Shown: positions 31,901 to 41,892, counted from the first letter of the stretch. The stretch is DNA of 64,000 nucleotides from an uncultured Methylomirabilota bacterium (GCA_963705305.1 OY970067.1:4032001-4096000); one strand, 5' to 3'. Made by a program: numbers and translations. Notes: generated from the sequence alone by a model not told the origin.

Positions 31901-32200
31901 CAGGCGGGAGAGCGCCTGCCGGATCCGGTCCTGGCGGGCCGTGCCTGTCTCTTCGGCGAGCCGCTTCTCCAGCGCGATCTGGAACCGGCCACGCAGCTCT
32001 GCAGCCGCCTTGCGGGTGAAGGTGACGGCGGCCATGCCCTCGATCTCGTAGGCCCCGGCGGCGATGCCTGCCGCCATGCGCCGGGCCAGGCTCTCGGTCT
32101 TGCCCGATCCGGCGCCGGCCTCGACGAGGAGGTTCAGGTCGAGCCGGGCCTCCATCAGGTCCCGGGCAGCCGCATCCCGAAGCCGCTTCCGCTCAGGCAT
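28976..32200 (-). CDS. AddA-like UvrD helicase with a C-terminal RecB-type nuclease
   Basis: AGAGSGKT, TFTRKAA, VDEFQDTD, VGDPKQSIYRFR, HKAKGLE, YVAATRA, GVIDL...VDYKTD. Confidence 0.92.
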   Translation of the reverse strand: MPERKRLRDAAARDLMEARLDLNLLVEAGAGSGKTESLARRMAAGIAAGAYEIEGMAAVTFTRKAAAELRGRFQIALEKRLAEETGTARQDRIRQALSRLERLFAGTIHAFCAHLLRERPVEAGVAPGFTELDETADQEQRERAWRLYLDRERAAGSPTLRDLLDAGVRPPDLDGAFRIVCTYAEIEFPPGEGTAPDPAPAWQALDRFWTALNGCLPGPIEPETTCPIQQTMQGFSGRLRVADRSRPGGLADLLADWEGGFKATQKWWHPDPKQKKAAAEKVATLVQRFQVETVTPFLANWRQYVYRLAMTLLCGGREFAAQARARAVALNYGDLLERAAHLLREKPEVRTALQQKYRWLFVDEFQDTDPIQAEVIFFLAAAGAAERDWTRVPLRPGALFIVGDPKQSIYRFRRADIDTYTRVRQLIEDSGGQVIPLTTSFRADPALCTWGNGVFPNFFPDTATQEQPAFGGLDPDPNRAKGDPATTGLRILDIPGTGPRADMVLAEAKAIARFIHKAVLGGKGQWGDFLILTRKKQQLPVYARALEALQVPVEVSGGAAFAESPGVRVLANLLQALSDAGDATALVGVLRGALFGLSDEALFRHRDVGLSLLLTAPLPEGATGPVAEALRALQAMFRWTRSLPAPAAVERALEETGLLAKAATATLGGGATGNLLHAVDRVRQITETGGSLADAALALEEDIESTDIDAVPLEPGRRNVVRIMNLHKAKGLEASTVFLADPLGGVKARADARILRDGIRAVGFLPITRPVGDWRRKLLAVPKGWAEHEAAELAYVTAEEHRLLYVAATRAKELLVISRYGSAGGRATCPWEPLAPYLKDATLLAIPGAVAAPPAQVGDLGPQARMAAQTAREEGLRQAATPSWRVESVTGTAHRGARPAQPPEAGHSREPDTGMAWGHLVHALLEQALRGPHCDRAHLERLARWFTVEQAELQPVIPEALDTEERVMASDLWRRAMAAEERLVEVPFAVKVSNGDGPPSILHGVIDLAFRSADGWGLVDYKTDQVDAVTLVALYGNQVRQYAKQWAALTGAPVKYAGLFSVRAGQCTRNLIEE

Positions 32201-35200
32201 GGTCCGCTAGCCTCCGGTACGCCGTGAGGATCGTGTTGGCCGCGTTGTCGCGCTTCCGCGTGGCGCGGGCGACCGGATCCCCGCCGCAGGCCCGCTGGAA
32301 CTCGCAGTAGCGACAATCCGCGTCGGTCGCAGTCGTGAGGAACGTGCCCCCGGCCAGAAGATCGAAGAGATCCCGCAGGACGGGGCCGACCGCGCCTGGA
32401 TCGGCCTGCGGCCGGGACACACGCTGCCCCTGTCCACGAACTGTCGGGAAGTAGTAGGTACTGGACGTCACGCGGGCCTTCGGCGCGCGCGCGGCGAGGA
32501 GCTGCCGCGCAGCCAAGGCGTACAGCGCGTGCTGGAGCACGCGACCCCCCGCAAAGGTGCCGGCCCAGTCGTCGGGCCAGTACCGGCCCGTCTTGTAGTC
32601 CACGACCTCGACGCTCCCATCGGGGAGGCGGTCCAGCCGGTCGATGCGACCCCGGAGGCGGAAGCGAAGGCCGGTGCCGAGGTCGAGCGTGACGGGGTCG
32701 GCCTGGGCCAGCGGCTCGCCCGCGGCCGCCCCGGCCCCGAAGGAGACCTCGAGCCCGATGGGCACGCGCCCGGGGGCTTCGGCCTCCAGCCGGAGAAAGA
32801 GGTCCAGGTCCCGGAGGACCTCGTCCCGCTCGCGCTCATAGACACTGTCGGAGGGCGGGGGAATCAAGGCCCGAAGTTCGGCCAGCTTCCCTTCCCCCAG
32901 GCTCCGGAGTCGCGGAAGGTCCCGCCGGGGGTCGGGCGCCTCGTTCGTGACCCGCACCTCTCGCAGGAATGTCGCATAGAGGGCGTGGAGCGCCAGGCCG
33001 CGGGTCAACGGATCCAGCCACCGATCGGGGTCGGCCTCGGCCTCCTCGATCGGGTCGATGCCGAGGCCGTGCTCGAGGAAGTACCGGAAGGGGCACGTGG
33101 CCAGGCTCTCGAGGCGGCTGGCAGAGACCGCGCGCCCCGACTGGCGCGGGTCGAGGCGTGGACCGGCCTCGCGAACGAAGCCGTCGTAGATGGTAAAGGC
33201 CTCGGAGTCGCGCGCGGCCTCGGCGGCCTCGCCCTGCGCGAGGCCCGGGAAGGCGGCGGACACGGCGGCCCGCCCGGCGCTGCCCACTCCCCGGAGAGAG
33301 GCCAGCCACCACCCCGCATCGCCAAGCGCCAGCTCGCGGCGAGGCGGGACGAGGGAGACGGGTTCCCCCAGTGCCTGGTTCAGGTGGTCATAGGTCACGT
33401 CTTCTCCGGGCCGCTCCAGTCGGAGGGCCTGGAGGAGGACCCAGGAGGGGAAGGTCTCCCGACTCTCGCGGAGGTCCCGGCAGGAAAAGCTCAGACAGAC
33501 CCGTCCGCCCAGGGCGGCCAGGCGTGAGATCACGGCGAAGAGGGCCTCGCTCACCCGGTCGCGCGAGGTGGGAAGCGGAAGGCCGAGCGTGCTCCCCAGC
33601 CGCTCCCGCTCCACGTCGAGGAGCACCGGATCTTCGATCGGCGCCGGGAAGACGCCACCTTCCTCCAGCCCCACCACGAAGGTGTGCGGGCGCCCCGCAT
33701 ACCCCGCGCGGATCAGGCTGCTGACATGCAGGTGCCCCGGTCGCGCCCGGTCGCCGCCCACGAGGAGCCCGGCGATCCGGTCCTGAATGAAGGCGACGGC
33801 CTCGCCGAGGGGGCGGCTGAAGCCGCCGAGCAGCCCCAGCTCGTCGAGGGCCCCGGTGAGGGCTGTGACGGCCGCCCCGTCCAGGGCGCTGCCGCGGGCT
33901 GCGGTGCTCTCGACGAATCCGGCGCAAGCGGTGAGGAGGGCGCCGAGACCCACCCGCCCGTCTCGGTCGGGCTCCGGCACCAGCGCCAGGTGGCCGCGAA
34001 TCCACGTGCCGAGGCGCTCGACTTGCGCCGCCCGGAGGGTGTAGCGACCCCTGGTCTCCTCATCCGCTTCGATGTCCGTCGCCCGCTCCCGGTAGGATTC
34101 GGCGAGAGCGGTCAGGGCACCCGCATAGGTCTGTCTCCCCCAGGTCGCGCCGGACTCCGCCAAGAGGCGGGCGGCCTGACCGGCCGTCGGGCCATCGTCG
34201 AGATCCAGCCGCATATCGCCCGATTGCAGCAACCGGCGCAGGCCGGCCGCCGGGAACCCGTCGGCGATCCACGTGCAGAAGGCCAGCAGCGCCCGCGCCG
34301 GCCGCGTCAGCGTGATCGGAATCCCCGGGTCGACCGTGACGGGCCAGCCGTACCGCTGGGCTTTCTCCCAAATGAGGACGGTGTACTCCGGCGCAGCGCA
34401 GGCGACCTCGACATGATCGAAGGGAAGGCGGTCGGCCTGGATGCGGCGGAAGACCTCCTCGACCTCGGCTTCCTTCCCGCCCGCCCGGAACATGCTGAGC
34501 GTGCCGTCCGGCTTCGGCGGGGGGGCAACGTCCGGCGCGAGGAGGAATGCCAGGCGGTCGGCGTCCGAGGCTGGGACGGCCGGCGCCTCGGCCTGGGGTG
34601 TCGCCAGGAGCGCCAGCCGGCGGGGGGCCGCAAGGCCCGGAAGGCGGGGGGCGGCCGGAAGGAGGCGCTCCCCCGGCAGCCTGTCCAGGAATTTTCGCTC
34701 CAAAGGCGCCCAGATCACGCCGGGCAGCTCGACCTGCACGTCCTCGGGAAGGACCGGGCAGCGGTCCAGGTGCCGGAGCGCCTCTTGGAAGACGGACGCC
34801 TGGTCTGCCAGCCGCTGGTCGCCGAGATGGGCTTCGTACGCCGACAGCAGCGCCTGGAACTCGATGGCCTTGTCTGGACTGAGGAAGGCATCCCTTGACA
34901 GGTCTGCCGCCGCCACCCCAGCCATGCGCAGCTCTCGGATGGTGCTCCACAGGGCATCCGCCATCTGCGGCTGCTCGGCCAAGGGCCGGAAGTACGGGGG
35001 CGTGCTGCCAGGGAGTTCGAGCAAGAGCCGCATGATGAGCGCCGGACCCAAGGTGTCGGGGGCCGGGTCGATCTCCCGCTCGACCAGGAAAGGAGCAGCC
35101 ACCTGCAGGGCGAGATCCAGCGGCCGCACGAAGCGGACGTTCGCCCAGTTCGTCCCCTCGAGGACCAACCGCTCGCCGAGCGTGTGGCCGACCGCGTGGG

Positions 35201-35282
35201 AGAGCACAAAGACCCACTTGGTCGTAGTTCGGCGCGTCCGACATATTTCTGCGAGCTGAACAAGGAAGGGATCCACTGCCAT
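32193..35282 (-). CDS. AddB-like protein with an Fe-S PD-(D/E)XK nuclease
   Basis: SASRLE.LATCPFRYF, RGRIDRLD, VVDYKTG, Q..LY, CRYCEFQRAC; overlaps the start of the AddA-like gene. Confidence 0.88.
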   Translation of the reverse strand: MAVDPFLVQLAEICRTRRTTTKWVFVLSHAVGHTLGERLVLEGTNWANVRFVRPLDLALQVAAPFLVEREIDPAPDTLGPALIMRLLLELPGSTPPYFRPLAEQPQMADALWSTIRELRMAGVAAADLSRDAFLSPDKAIEFQALLSAYEAHLGDQRLADQASVFQEALRHLDRCPVLPEDVQVELPGVIWAPLERKFLDRLPGERLLPAAPRLPGLAAPRRLALLATPQAEAPAVPASDADRLAFLLAPDVAPPPKPDGTLSMFRAGGKEAEVEEVFRRIQADRLPFDHVEVACAAPEYTVLIWEKAQRYGWPVTVDPGIPITLTRPARALLAFCTWIADGFPAAGLRRLLQSGDMRLDLDDGPTAGQAARLLAESGATWGRQTYAGALTALAESYRERATDIEADEETRGRYTLRAAQVERLGTWIRGHLALVPEPDRDGRVGLGALLTACAGFVESTAARGSALDGAAVTALTGALDELGLLGGFSRPLGEAVAFIQDRIAGLLVGGDRARPGHLHVSSLIRAGYAGRPHTFVVGLEEGGVFPAPIEDPVLLDVERERLGSTLGLPLPTSRDRVSEALFAVISRLAALGGRVCLSFSCRDLRESRETFPSWVLLQALRLERPGEDVTYDHLNQALGEPVSLVPPRRELALGDAGWWLASLRGVGSAGRAAVSAAFPGLAQGEAAEAARDSEAFTIYDGFVREAGPRLDPRQSGRAVSASRLESLATCPFRYFLEHGLGIDPIEEAEADPDRWLDPLTRGLALHALYATFLREVRVTNEAPDPRRDLPRLRSLGEGKLAELRALIPPPSDSVYERERDEVLRDLDLFLRLEAEAPGRVPIGLEVSFGAGAAAGEPLAQADPVTLDLGTGLRFRLRGRIDRLDRLPDGSVEVVDYKTGRYWPDDWAGTFAGGRVLQHALYALAARQLLAARAPKARVTSSTYYFPTVRGQGQRVSRPQADPGAVGPVLRDLFDLLAGGTFLTTATDADCRYCEFQRACGGDPVARATRKRDNAANTILTAYRRLADHA

Positions 35283-35312
35283 GACAGGCTCCCAGCTATC
35301 GGACCTCGCTCT

Positions 35313-35900
35313 CTATGAAAAGGTCTTGAGCCCTCCTGCCTCGTCCCACGCGCGGACCAGTTTCTTGGTCACGGTAGCGAGCTTCATCTGTACAGTACTC
35401 ATTTCATTCGGCAGAATGGGTTCCGAGAAGTAGATGCCGTAATTGTACGGCTCCTCGTATTTCTGAGCCTGGGACTTCTCGAACTCGGGCCAAGCGCTCT
35501 GGAATTTACTCTTGCTCTCAACATAAATCGTCGCAGATGCCTGAATAGAGGAGGTGTCACCATTTTCACTCCACCAACATACCTCCACCGCGAAAGCAAG
35601 CTCATGCTCCTTGAGATTAATGCGTGCCCCGAGTGATGCCCCATGCTGGGCTATCCACTTGTCCCGGGAAATAGTTTCAGGGAACAATATTGAGGAGATT
35701 TGGCTCTCATCCATTCGGATTTTAATCGCATCTCCCAGTGCGGGGAGATTCATTCGCAGCACATCCGCGCACCTATGCTGGACCTCGCGGGAGAACTCGT
35801 TCAGCGCAACAATGGCTTGCAAGTAAGAAGATGCGCCTTGCTCTAGCAATTTCTTCTTAGCCGCCTCCAACCTCTCCCTCAAATCTTCAGGCGTTTCCAT
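35313..35900 (-). CDS. Hypothetical protein
   Basis: GGAGG RBS; overlaps the upstream nuclease gene; lower GC than the flanking helicase genes. Confidence 0.6.
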   Translation of the reverse strand: METPEDLRERLEAAKKKLLEQGASSYLQAIVALNEFSREVQHRCADVLRMNLPALGDAIKIRMDESQISSILFPETISRDKWIAQHGASLGARINLKEHELAFAVEVCWWSENGDTSSIQASATIYVESKSKFQSAWPEFEKSQAQKYEEPYNYGIYFSEPILPNEMSTVQMKLATVTKKLVRAWDEAGGLKTFS

Positions 35901-36786
35901 GATGCCCCTCCGCGCAGAGGCATTCCTCGAGGTGCTCCGTGAGAGCCGAGCCCACCTTGACCCGCTTACAGTCAAATGCCTGTTTGGCAATTGACGCTGA
36001 CAGGCCACAGAGGTTCTGCTCTACTGCACCGACAAACGCGAGGGTCATGCCCGCCACCACGATCTCTTCTCCGGCCTTCGTGGTCCTGACTAGTTCTGGA
36101 ATCATCTGCCTCAAGCTGGCACAGAGCTGTGCCCATGTGAGAAGCCGGAAACCCTCATACAGTAGCTTTTCTCCTTCTGTCGCCAAAAGGATGGTATGTT
36201 TGTGCGGCGAAGGTTCCCGTTGGTCTTCTAACCATTTCCTGTAGCCGCGCTGCTTCACAGTGTCCGCCGCGTCGGCGGAAACCTTCTTGACCTCAACCAT
36301 AATTAAGGCGTTGCCTGGGTAGCGAATTTCCAGATCAATCCTGCCCGATTGGCCTTCGTGGCCTTCCGATACCCAGACCTCGCGTCGAATCACCGGAGGG
36401 ACGCTCTCACACTTTCGCATACCTTCAGGATCATCGATCCGAAGCAACCGGAACACTAGCTCCGGAGTCGGCAGTACTTTCACAATCCAGTGGAGCCAAT
36501 CGGAGTATGCCGTCTCGGGTTCCTTCGATAGCCACCTGTGGACGCCAAAATCAATCAACAGCGGGTCCCCCAGAGGATAAAGACGCACTCTCGATTCTTG
36601 GAGCAATCCTCGTAGCTTTTCCCCTTCGAGTACCAAGAGTTCCTCCGCGCTCTCGATGATTCGATGGACCGAGGACCAGCCTCCTGTGCGTGCCTGTTGG
36701 ATGGAGAGGATCTCAGCTCCGAGTTCAGCCCATCGCCTCCACGTCTTCAACAGCTGGTCTACCGTAATCATCCTTGTTGACCTCAT
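35887..36786 (-). CDS. PD-(D/E)XK nuclease family protein
   Basis: ETAYSDWLHW, IRREV...GRIDLEI...IMVEVK. Confidence 0.7.
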   Translation of the reverse strand: MRSTRMITVDQLLKTWRRWAELGAEILSIQQARTGGWSSVHRIIESAEELLVLEGEKLRGLLQESRVRLYPLGDPLLIDFGVHRWLSKEPETAYSDWLHWIVKVLPTPELVFRLLRIDDPEGMRKCESVPPVIRREVWVSEGHEGQSGRIDLEIRYPGNALIMVEVKKVSADAADTVKQRGYRKWLEDQREPSPHKHTILLATEGEKLLYEGFRLLTWAQLCASLRQMIPELVRTTKAGEEIVVAGMTLAFVGAVEQNLCGLSASIAKQAFDCKRVKVGSALTEHLEECLCAEGHHGNA

Positions 36787-36982
36787 GCATCGCCTTTGCA
36801 TCCGACACCTGCTGGAAATGCCAGACCTTCCCGGAACTCTTTAGCAGTAATGGAAAAAGCCCCTCGCAATGACCCCGCAGCGAGGCCGACTCTGCATGTG
36901 AAGGTGGCCCATACAGTTCATCATCCCTTGGCGGGAATTCGTCCTCGCCGGATTTTGCCGGATGTCTGCCTCTTGGCGGACA

Positions 36983-37016
36983 AAAATACTACTGACCCGT
37001 GACATGTGCGGTCACA
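36983..37016 (-). promoter_or_regulatory. WYL-box promoter 1
   Basis: Minus: TGTGAC-cgcacat-GTCACG-N9-TATTTT, facing the nuclease/AddAB-like operon. Confidence 0.7.
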
Positions 37017-37663
37017 GTTTCCCTCGGGGGTGTCCCCCGTAGTGGAGGTAGGAAGAAATTGCTCTGCGTGGGGTCACCTCCACCTGTCAACGGGAGCACT
37101 GGAACTCCGTCATCCCGCGGAACCAGTGGAATGCGAAACGCAGACAAAGGAGCGGCCCCGGCGCTTACGCCCGAAGATCCTCTTGGGGCGACACCATCGA
37201 GATGCCCTAGAGAGCAAGGGTCGAAAGTTAGAAGGAGAAACGCCCGCCGAACCCAACAGCATTCCCACGTCGCGAGAGGATGTCTCGCAAAGTAAAATGG
37301 GGCTCAGGGGCCAGGGGGGTCGGGAAAGTGCGTGGGCGCCGATCCCGAGCCGGCTCCGCGGATGCAACAATGCGGGGTGCGGATCGGCGAATGCAGGATG
37401 GAGGAGCCAGAGACTCCGTAGATCCGCACACTGGTGGCGATTTATAGCAAACCGGTCCTTCAGAGACAAGATTTTCGACGGAGTTGTCTCTCCGCCCAAA
37501 CATGGCGCAAGATTCCGAATCCTCCGGAAGACCGGCAGGGCTCTGAGGCAGACCAAGACAGCGGGCGCCGCCGCCACTTTGACCGCCAGCCTAGGGCGCT
37601 CGGGGGCGACCTCGATTTGCATGGGGGTCTCCTGGCGCGCCGTCTCGGAGGGTGCGCGGGAGC

Positions 37664-37697
37664 AGCATACCCGGGGAGTGTGGCAGGTAACGTCACA
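37664..37697 (-). promoter_or_regulatory. WYL-box promoter 2
   Basis: Minus: TGTGAC-gttacct-GCCACA-N9-TATGCT, divergent from WYL-1. Confidence 0.7.
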
Positions 37698-37756
37698 GGA
37701 GATGAGGCTCAGTTTCGTCTTGCGGGCGAGCGGGAGACGGGCCTATAGTCTCCGGG

Positions 37757-38752
37757 ATGGCGACGACCCCGGCCCCGCGTCGCGAGCGCCAGATGGTCCG
37801 GCTGCTCACGCTCCTCAAGCTGCTGCGGGAGAACGGGCACCCGTCCGTCCACGACCTCGCCGCCCGGTTCCATACCCGCCGCGAGACGATTTACCGCGAC
37901 CTCCGCGCCCTGCAGGCGGTTGGCTACCCTATCATCGGCGATGCCGAGGGCCGCCTGAGCCGACCCACCCTGCCCGTCGAGTTCCGGACGACCGTCCCCG
38001 CGGTGCCGTTCACCCGGCACGAGCTGACCGCCCTGACCTGGGCCGCCAAGCAGGCGGACTCGCGACAGCCGTTCCACACCGGCCTGGAGAGCGCGCTACG
38101 GAAGCTCCACGGCATGGCGGCCGCCCCGGATGCCCGCTTGGCCCAGTCGCTGACGGGCGTCTTCGACGGCTGGTCCCGGGGTGTGAAGAACTATGCCGGC
38201 TTTCAGGAGATCATCCTCCAGCTCGTGGAGGCGATCGTGGCCACCCGCCGCTGCTTCGTGCGCTACCAGGCGCCCGGGCGGGCCGCCCCCAACAACTTCC
38301 GGTTCGAGCCCTACCGCCTCCTCCTGATCCAGGACAGCCTCTACTGCGTGGGAAAGGGAACCTACCACGACTCCCTCATGAGTCTCGCCATCGACCGCTT
38401 CCAGCGGGTCACGGTGACCGGGGAGCCCTTCGCGCCGGACGCCAAGTTCGACCTCACAAAGTACAAGGCGGAGGCCTTCGGCGTGGTCTGGGAGAAGCCC
38501 ATGACCGTGGTCGTGCAGTTCCGCGCCGAGCAGGCCCCCTACGTCCACGAGCGCGAGTGGCATCCGACCCAGAGGCTGAAGACCCTGCGAGACGGGCGGC
38601 TGGAGCTCGCCTTCCGGGCCGGCGGCGCCTTCGAGATCACCCGCTGGATCCTGGGCTGGGGCGACGCCGCCGAGGTCGTCCGACCGGCGAAGTTGCGGCG
38701 CGAGGTGGGTGCCATCCTCCGGGCGGCAGCAAATCACTACCAACCTCGCTAG
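37757..38752 (+). CDS. HTH-WYL-WCX transcriptional regulator (WYL-1)
   Basis: RETIYRDLRAL HTH, FEPYRL...SLYCVG...LAIDR, REWHPTQ, WILGWG. Confidence 0.92.
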   Translation: MATTPAPRRERQMVRLLTLLKLLRENGHPSVHDLAARFHTRRETIYRDLRALQAVGYPIIGDAEGRLSRPTLPVEFRTTVPAVPFTRHELTALTWAAKQADSRQPFHTGLESALRKLHGMAAAPDARLAQSLTGVFDGWSRGVKNYAGFQEIILQLVEAIVATRRCFVRYQAPGRAAPNNFRFEPYRLLLIQDSLYCVGKGTYHDSLMSLAIDRFQRVTVTGEPFAPDAKFDLTKYKAEAFGVVWEKPMTVVVQFRAEQAPYVHEREWHPTQRLKTLRDGRLELAFRAGGAFEITRWILGWGDAAEVVRPAKLRREVGAILRAAANHYQPR

Positions 38753-38760
38753 CGAGCCCC

Positions 38761-40356
38761 ATGGCGCAGATCGTCCCCTCCGACATCGCCCCCTACGAAC
38801 GGTCAGGTTGGCATACCCCCGAGCTCGAGACCCTGAATACGCTGCGAGCGCGCCTGCCGGCCGCATACACGGTCTACCACGGCGTGCACTGGGCCCGCGA
38901 GGGCGCGCAGGCAACGGCCTTTGGAGAACTGGACTTCGTCGTCGTGAACGCGGTGGGGCGCGTGCTCGTCGTCGAGCAGAAGAACGGGGCGCTGGAGCAG
39001 ACCGCTTCCGGCCTGGTGAAGACCTACCCCGATGGGTCGAAGAGCGTCGGGGAGCAGGTGCAGCGCTCCCTCGACGGCATCCGTCGGAAGTTCAGGGCAG
39101 TCCATGGACCCGGCGCAACGCTCGACCTTGACTATCTCATCTATTGCCCGGACCATCGGTTACACGCCCTCAACGCGGCGGCCCTCGATGCCAGCCGGAT
39201 CGTCGATGCAGAGCAGCGCGACCGACTGGCCGAGCGGATCGAGGGTATCCTCGGACCGGGCCTCCCCCCGGACCCTGCCCGAGCCGAGCGAGCCCTGGCC
39301 TTCTTTCGGCAGACCTTCGAGGTGGTCCCGGACATCCATGCCCACATGAGCCAGCAGGAGAAGGCATACACCCGGCTCGCCGGCCCCCTGGCCCAGCTCC
39401 TGGCCAATCTGGAGATGACCCCCCTCCGCCTGCGGATCTACGGCACGGCGGGCTGCGGGAAGAGTCTGATCGCCGGCCAGTTCTTCCAGAAGGCCCTCGC
39501 CCAGGGGAAGAGGCCCATTCTCGTCTGCTACAACCGGCCGCTCGCCGAGAAGTTGAAGGCCAGCCTGCCGTCCGACGGCCTCGTCACCAATTTCCACGGG
39601 CTCTGCGACCAGTTCCTGAAGAGCCAGGGGCATCCGCCCGTCTACGACGACTGGACACGCATTGTCGAATCGGTCGCGGCAGAGTCTGTTCCGGGTTCGT
39701 GGAAGTTCGATGCGGTGATCGTGGACGAGGGGCAGGACTTCGAGCAGGAGTGGGTGGAAACCCTTCGCCTCTTCCTCCGGGACCAACCGGATATGGTGTG
39801 GCTCGAGGACCCGGACCAGAACGTTCACGACCGAGCACCTGTGACTCTTGCCGGCTTCGTTGGCTACCGAGCCCGAGTCAACTACCGGACGCCCCGCACG
39901 ATTGCCAAAGCCATCCAGGACATGCTCTCGATCGACTTCGAGATCGGGAATCCCCTTCCGGGCCTCGGGGTGGGAACGACGCCCTACAAAGACCCTGCAG
40001 AGCAGCCTGGCCACGTCGCTCGGATCATCGATGGACTGCTGCAGAAGGGATTCACTCACGATGAGATCGTGGTGCTAACCCTGCGCGGCGTGCAGCACTC
40101 GGTCTTCAGCACGCGGGAGCGGGTCGGCAACTTCACCCTGCGGCGGTTCACAGGGGAATACGATCTGTTCGGCAACCAGATCCTCTCGGCCGGTCAGATC
40201 ACCTTCGACAGCGTCCGCCGCTTCAAGGGCCAGCAGTCCCCTGCCGTGATTCTGGTGGACGTAGAATCCGATTCCAGCCATCCAGAACTATCACAGCGCC
40301 TCCTCTACACAGGCATGACGCGGGGGACGGTGCGGGTGGAGCTGCTAAGAAGGTGA
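38761..40356 (+). CDS. NERD nuclease domain + SF1 helicase/ATPase
   Basis: GELDFVVV...VVEQKNG, GTAGCGKS, VDEGQDF, NYRTP, RFKG, LYTGMTR. Confidence 0.87.
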   Translation: MAQIVPSDIAPYERSGWHTPELETLNTLRARLPAAYTVYHGVHWAREGAQATAFGELDFVVVNAVGRVLVVEQKNGALEQTASGLVKTYPDGSKSVGEQVQRSLDGIRRKFRAVHGPGATLDLDYLIYCPDHRLHALNAAALDASRIVDAEQRDRLAERIEGILGPGLPPDPARAERALAFFRQTFEVVPDIHAHMSQQEKAYTRLAGPLAQLLANLEMTPLRLRIYGTAGCGKSLIAGQFFQKALAQGKRPILVCYNRPLAEKLKASLPSDGLVTNFHGLCDQFLKSQGHPPVYDDWTRIVESVAAESVPGSWKFDAVIVDEGQDFEQEWVETLRLFLRDQPDMVWLEDPDQNVHDRAPVTLAGFVGYRARVNYRTPRTIAKAIQDMLSIDFEIGNPLPGLGVGTTPYKDPAEQPGHVARIIDGLLQKGFTHDEIVVLTLRGVQHSVFSTRERVGNFTLRRFTGEYDLFGNQILSAGQITFDSVRRFKGQQSPAVILVDVESDSSHPELSQRLLYTGMTRGTVRVELLRR

Positions 40357-40507
40357 GAAAGTCTGGGAGACCTCATTCACGGGGAGCTTTCCCTGCCGTG
40401 TATTTCCAAGTAGCGGGGTGATGTCCGCATTGAGGTTCCCCCACGACGCCCGAGGCCCGATCCTGGCAGGCGCTTGCGCTCCCAAAGACAACGACGGACT
40501 TCCCGGG

Positions 40508-41746
40508 CTACCCTTGGCGGGCACCGACCAGCGTTCCAGCATCGTACTCCAGCAATATCCGAGTGGGGCGGTCACCCTCTTGGAGGAGCTGGTGGGTACG
40601 AACGATCGCGCCACTGCCTACCTGAGCCTGTTGCTTGATCGCCTTTGCAAGCGCATTGCACTTTCTGTACAGCGTCTTCCGCCGTGCCCGAAGCGTTGAT
40701 TCCAGATTGAATGTTGCATCGACTGCCCGGACCTCGCCACGAACCGCCGCCATCTCCTGCCGCAGAGCCTCGAGCGCCGAAAGTGATCTCTCAATGCTGG
40801 CGCGACGCGCCGCCTTCATCTGGGGCTCACCGGGATACAGGCACAGGACATGCCAGGCAGCGATCCGGCATTTGAGACACAACTCTAGGTCCTCGACAAT
40901 CTTTCCGAGCTCGTCGACCTTGGCCGAGATTCCGTCCGTTAGCTTTCTGGAGCCGATGAGATCAGTACCCTCCACCCGCTTCTCGAGTTTCTGCCGAAAC
41001 TCGGCTTCGAGGTGATCCTGGATTTTCAAGAGATCGCGCTCGCAATTCTCCAAGTGAATACGGGCAGGCAGGGGCAACTCGCCCGCAGTCAGTGCCGTAC
41101 ACACCTGAGTGAGGTATTCGTATGTCGAGCGGATCCGCGCCTGTCGCTGATTGTTGAGGAACTGGCAGACGGCCTCCACGCGATCCTTGATCTCCCCGAG
41201 TATTTTGCTGATGTCGGCAAGGTGCTTTTGGGCGACGATGACAGAAGCGACTTGCCATACCGCTGCCGCATTGATCATGCTCTGCAGTGTATTCACATCA
41301 AAAAGGCGCGCGTGTTCCGAAATCCTACCCCCCGCCATCGCGAAGGCCCGACGGCCGCTCCCGTCCGCGGCTCGTACGAGGTCCCCGTTGATGACTACCT
41401 CCATCAAGTGTTTACCGTGAGCTTGATGCGCAACGAGGATCGATGGCGCAGATTGGACCAGTGCGCCCAGCTTGCTGACTGGGGCGCTCTGCAGAGCTAT
41501 TGGCTTGGCCTTCTTGAAATCGCGAGGAGATCGGAGGGGCCCAATAGTCATGATGGGCCGGGTCGGCGTATCGCCGATCGCAATGCTCGTGGGTGGCGGA
41601 CCCGTCGGCGGCTCGGCGCGTGGCAGCGATGCTTGTCTTTCAAGAGCCGGAGGCTGCTGCCGTCTCAGCCAGAGCACATAGAGAACCGCTGCGACAAATG
41701 CCAAGAGAAGCGTCAGCGTGATCAAGCCCTGTCCGCTCAGAGTCAT
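40508..41746 (-). CDS. Membrane-anchored hypothetical protein
   Basis: N-terminal hydrophobic helix, helical/coiled-coil body. Confidence 0.7.
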   Translation of the reverse strand: MTLSGQGLITLTLLLAFVAAVLYVLWLRRQQPPALERQASLPRAEPPTGPPPTSIAIGDTPTRPIMTIGPLRSPRDFKKAKPIALQSAPVSKLGALVQSAPSILVAHQAHGKHLMEVVINGDLVRAADGSGRRAFAMAGGRISEHARLFDVNTLQSMINAAAVWQVASVIVAQKHLADISKILGEIKDRVEAVCQFLNNQRQARIRSTYEYLTQVCTALTAGELPLPARIHLENCERDLLKIQDHLEAEFRQKLEKRVEGTDLIGSRKLTDGISAKVDELGKIVEDLELCLKCRIAAWHVLCLYPGEPQMKAARRASIERSLSALEALRQEMAAVRGEVRAVDATFNLESTLRARRKTLYRKCNALAKAIKQQAQVGSGAIVRTHQLLQEGDRPTRILLEYDAGTLVGARQG

Positions 41747-41892
41747 GGGCCCTCCATTCCGCTGGCTAAATTCAGGGAATAATACCACAGCTTGCGGTCG
41801 GTCGGTACCCGCACGACATTGTGAGGAGCATCAACATCCACCATGGCAGGAGGATCGCCAGCACGGTAGCGACAATCAGGACGGCCCAATCC

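Noticed and set aside
32193..32700. Cas4 or a CRISPR locus
   Set aside because: The Fe-S nuclease is the C-terminus of an AddB-like protein; no repeat-spacer array or other cas gene was seen.
29003..35263. Many long antisense and alternate-frame ORFs over the helicase-nuclease genes
   Set aside because: Expected shadow ORFs in high-GC coding DNA.
36998..37016. WYL box as a CRP/FNR site
   Set aside because: TGTGA and TCACA are 9 bp apart, not the 6 bp of CRP sites.
37110..37622. ORF MQIEVAPER... downstream of WYL box 2
   Set aside because: It has an RBS, but the product is unrecognisable and looks like non-coding translation; possibly the remnant of a lost gene.
37006..38760. 1116-aa ORF 37006-40356 as one protein
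   Set aside because: The first part overlaps WYL-1 in another frame and has no motifs; the real NERD-helicase starts at ATG 38761.
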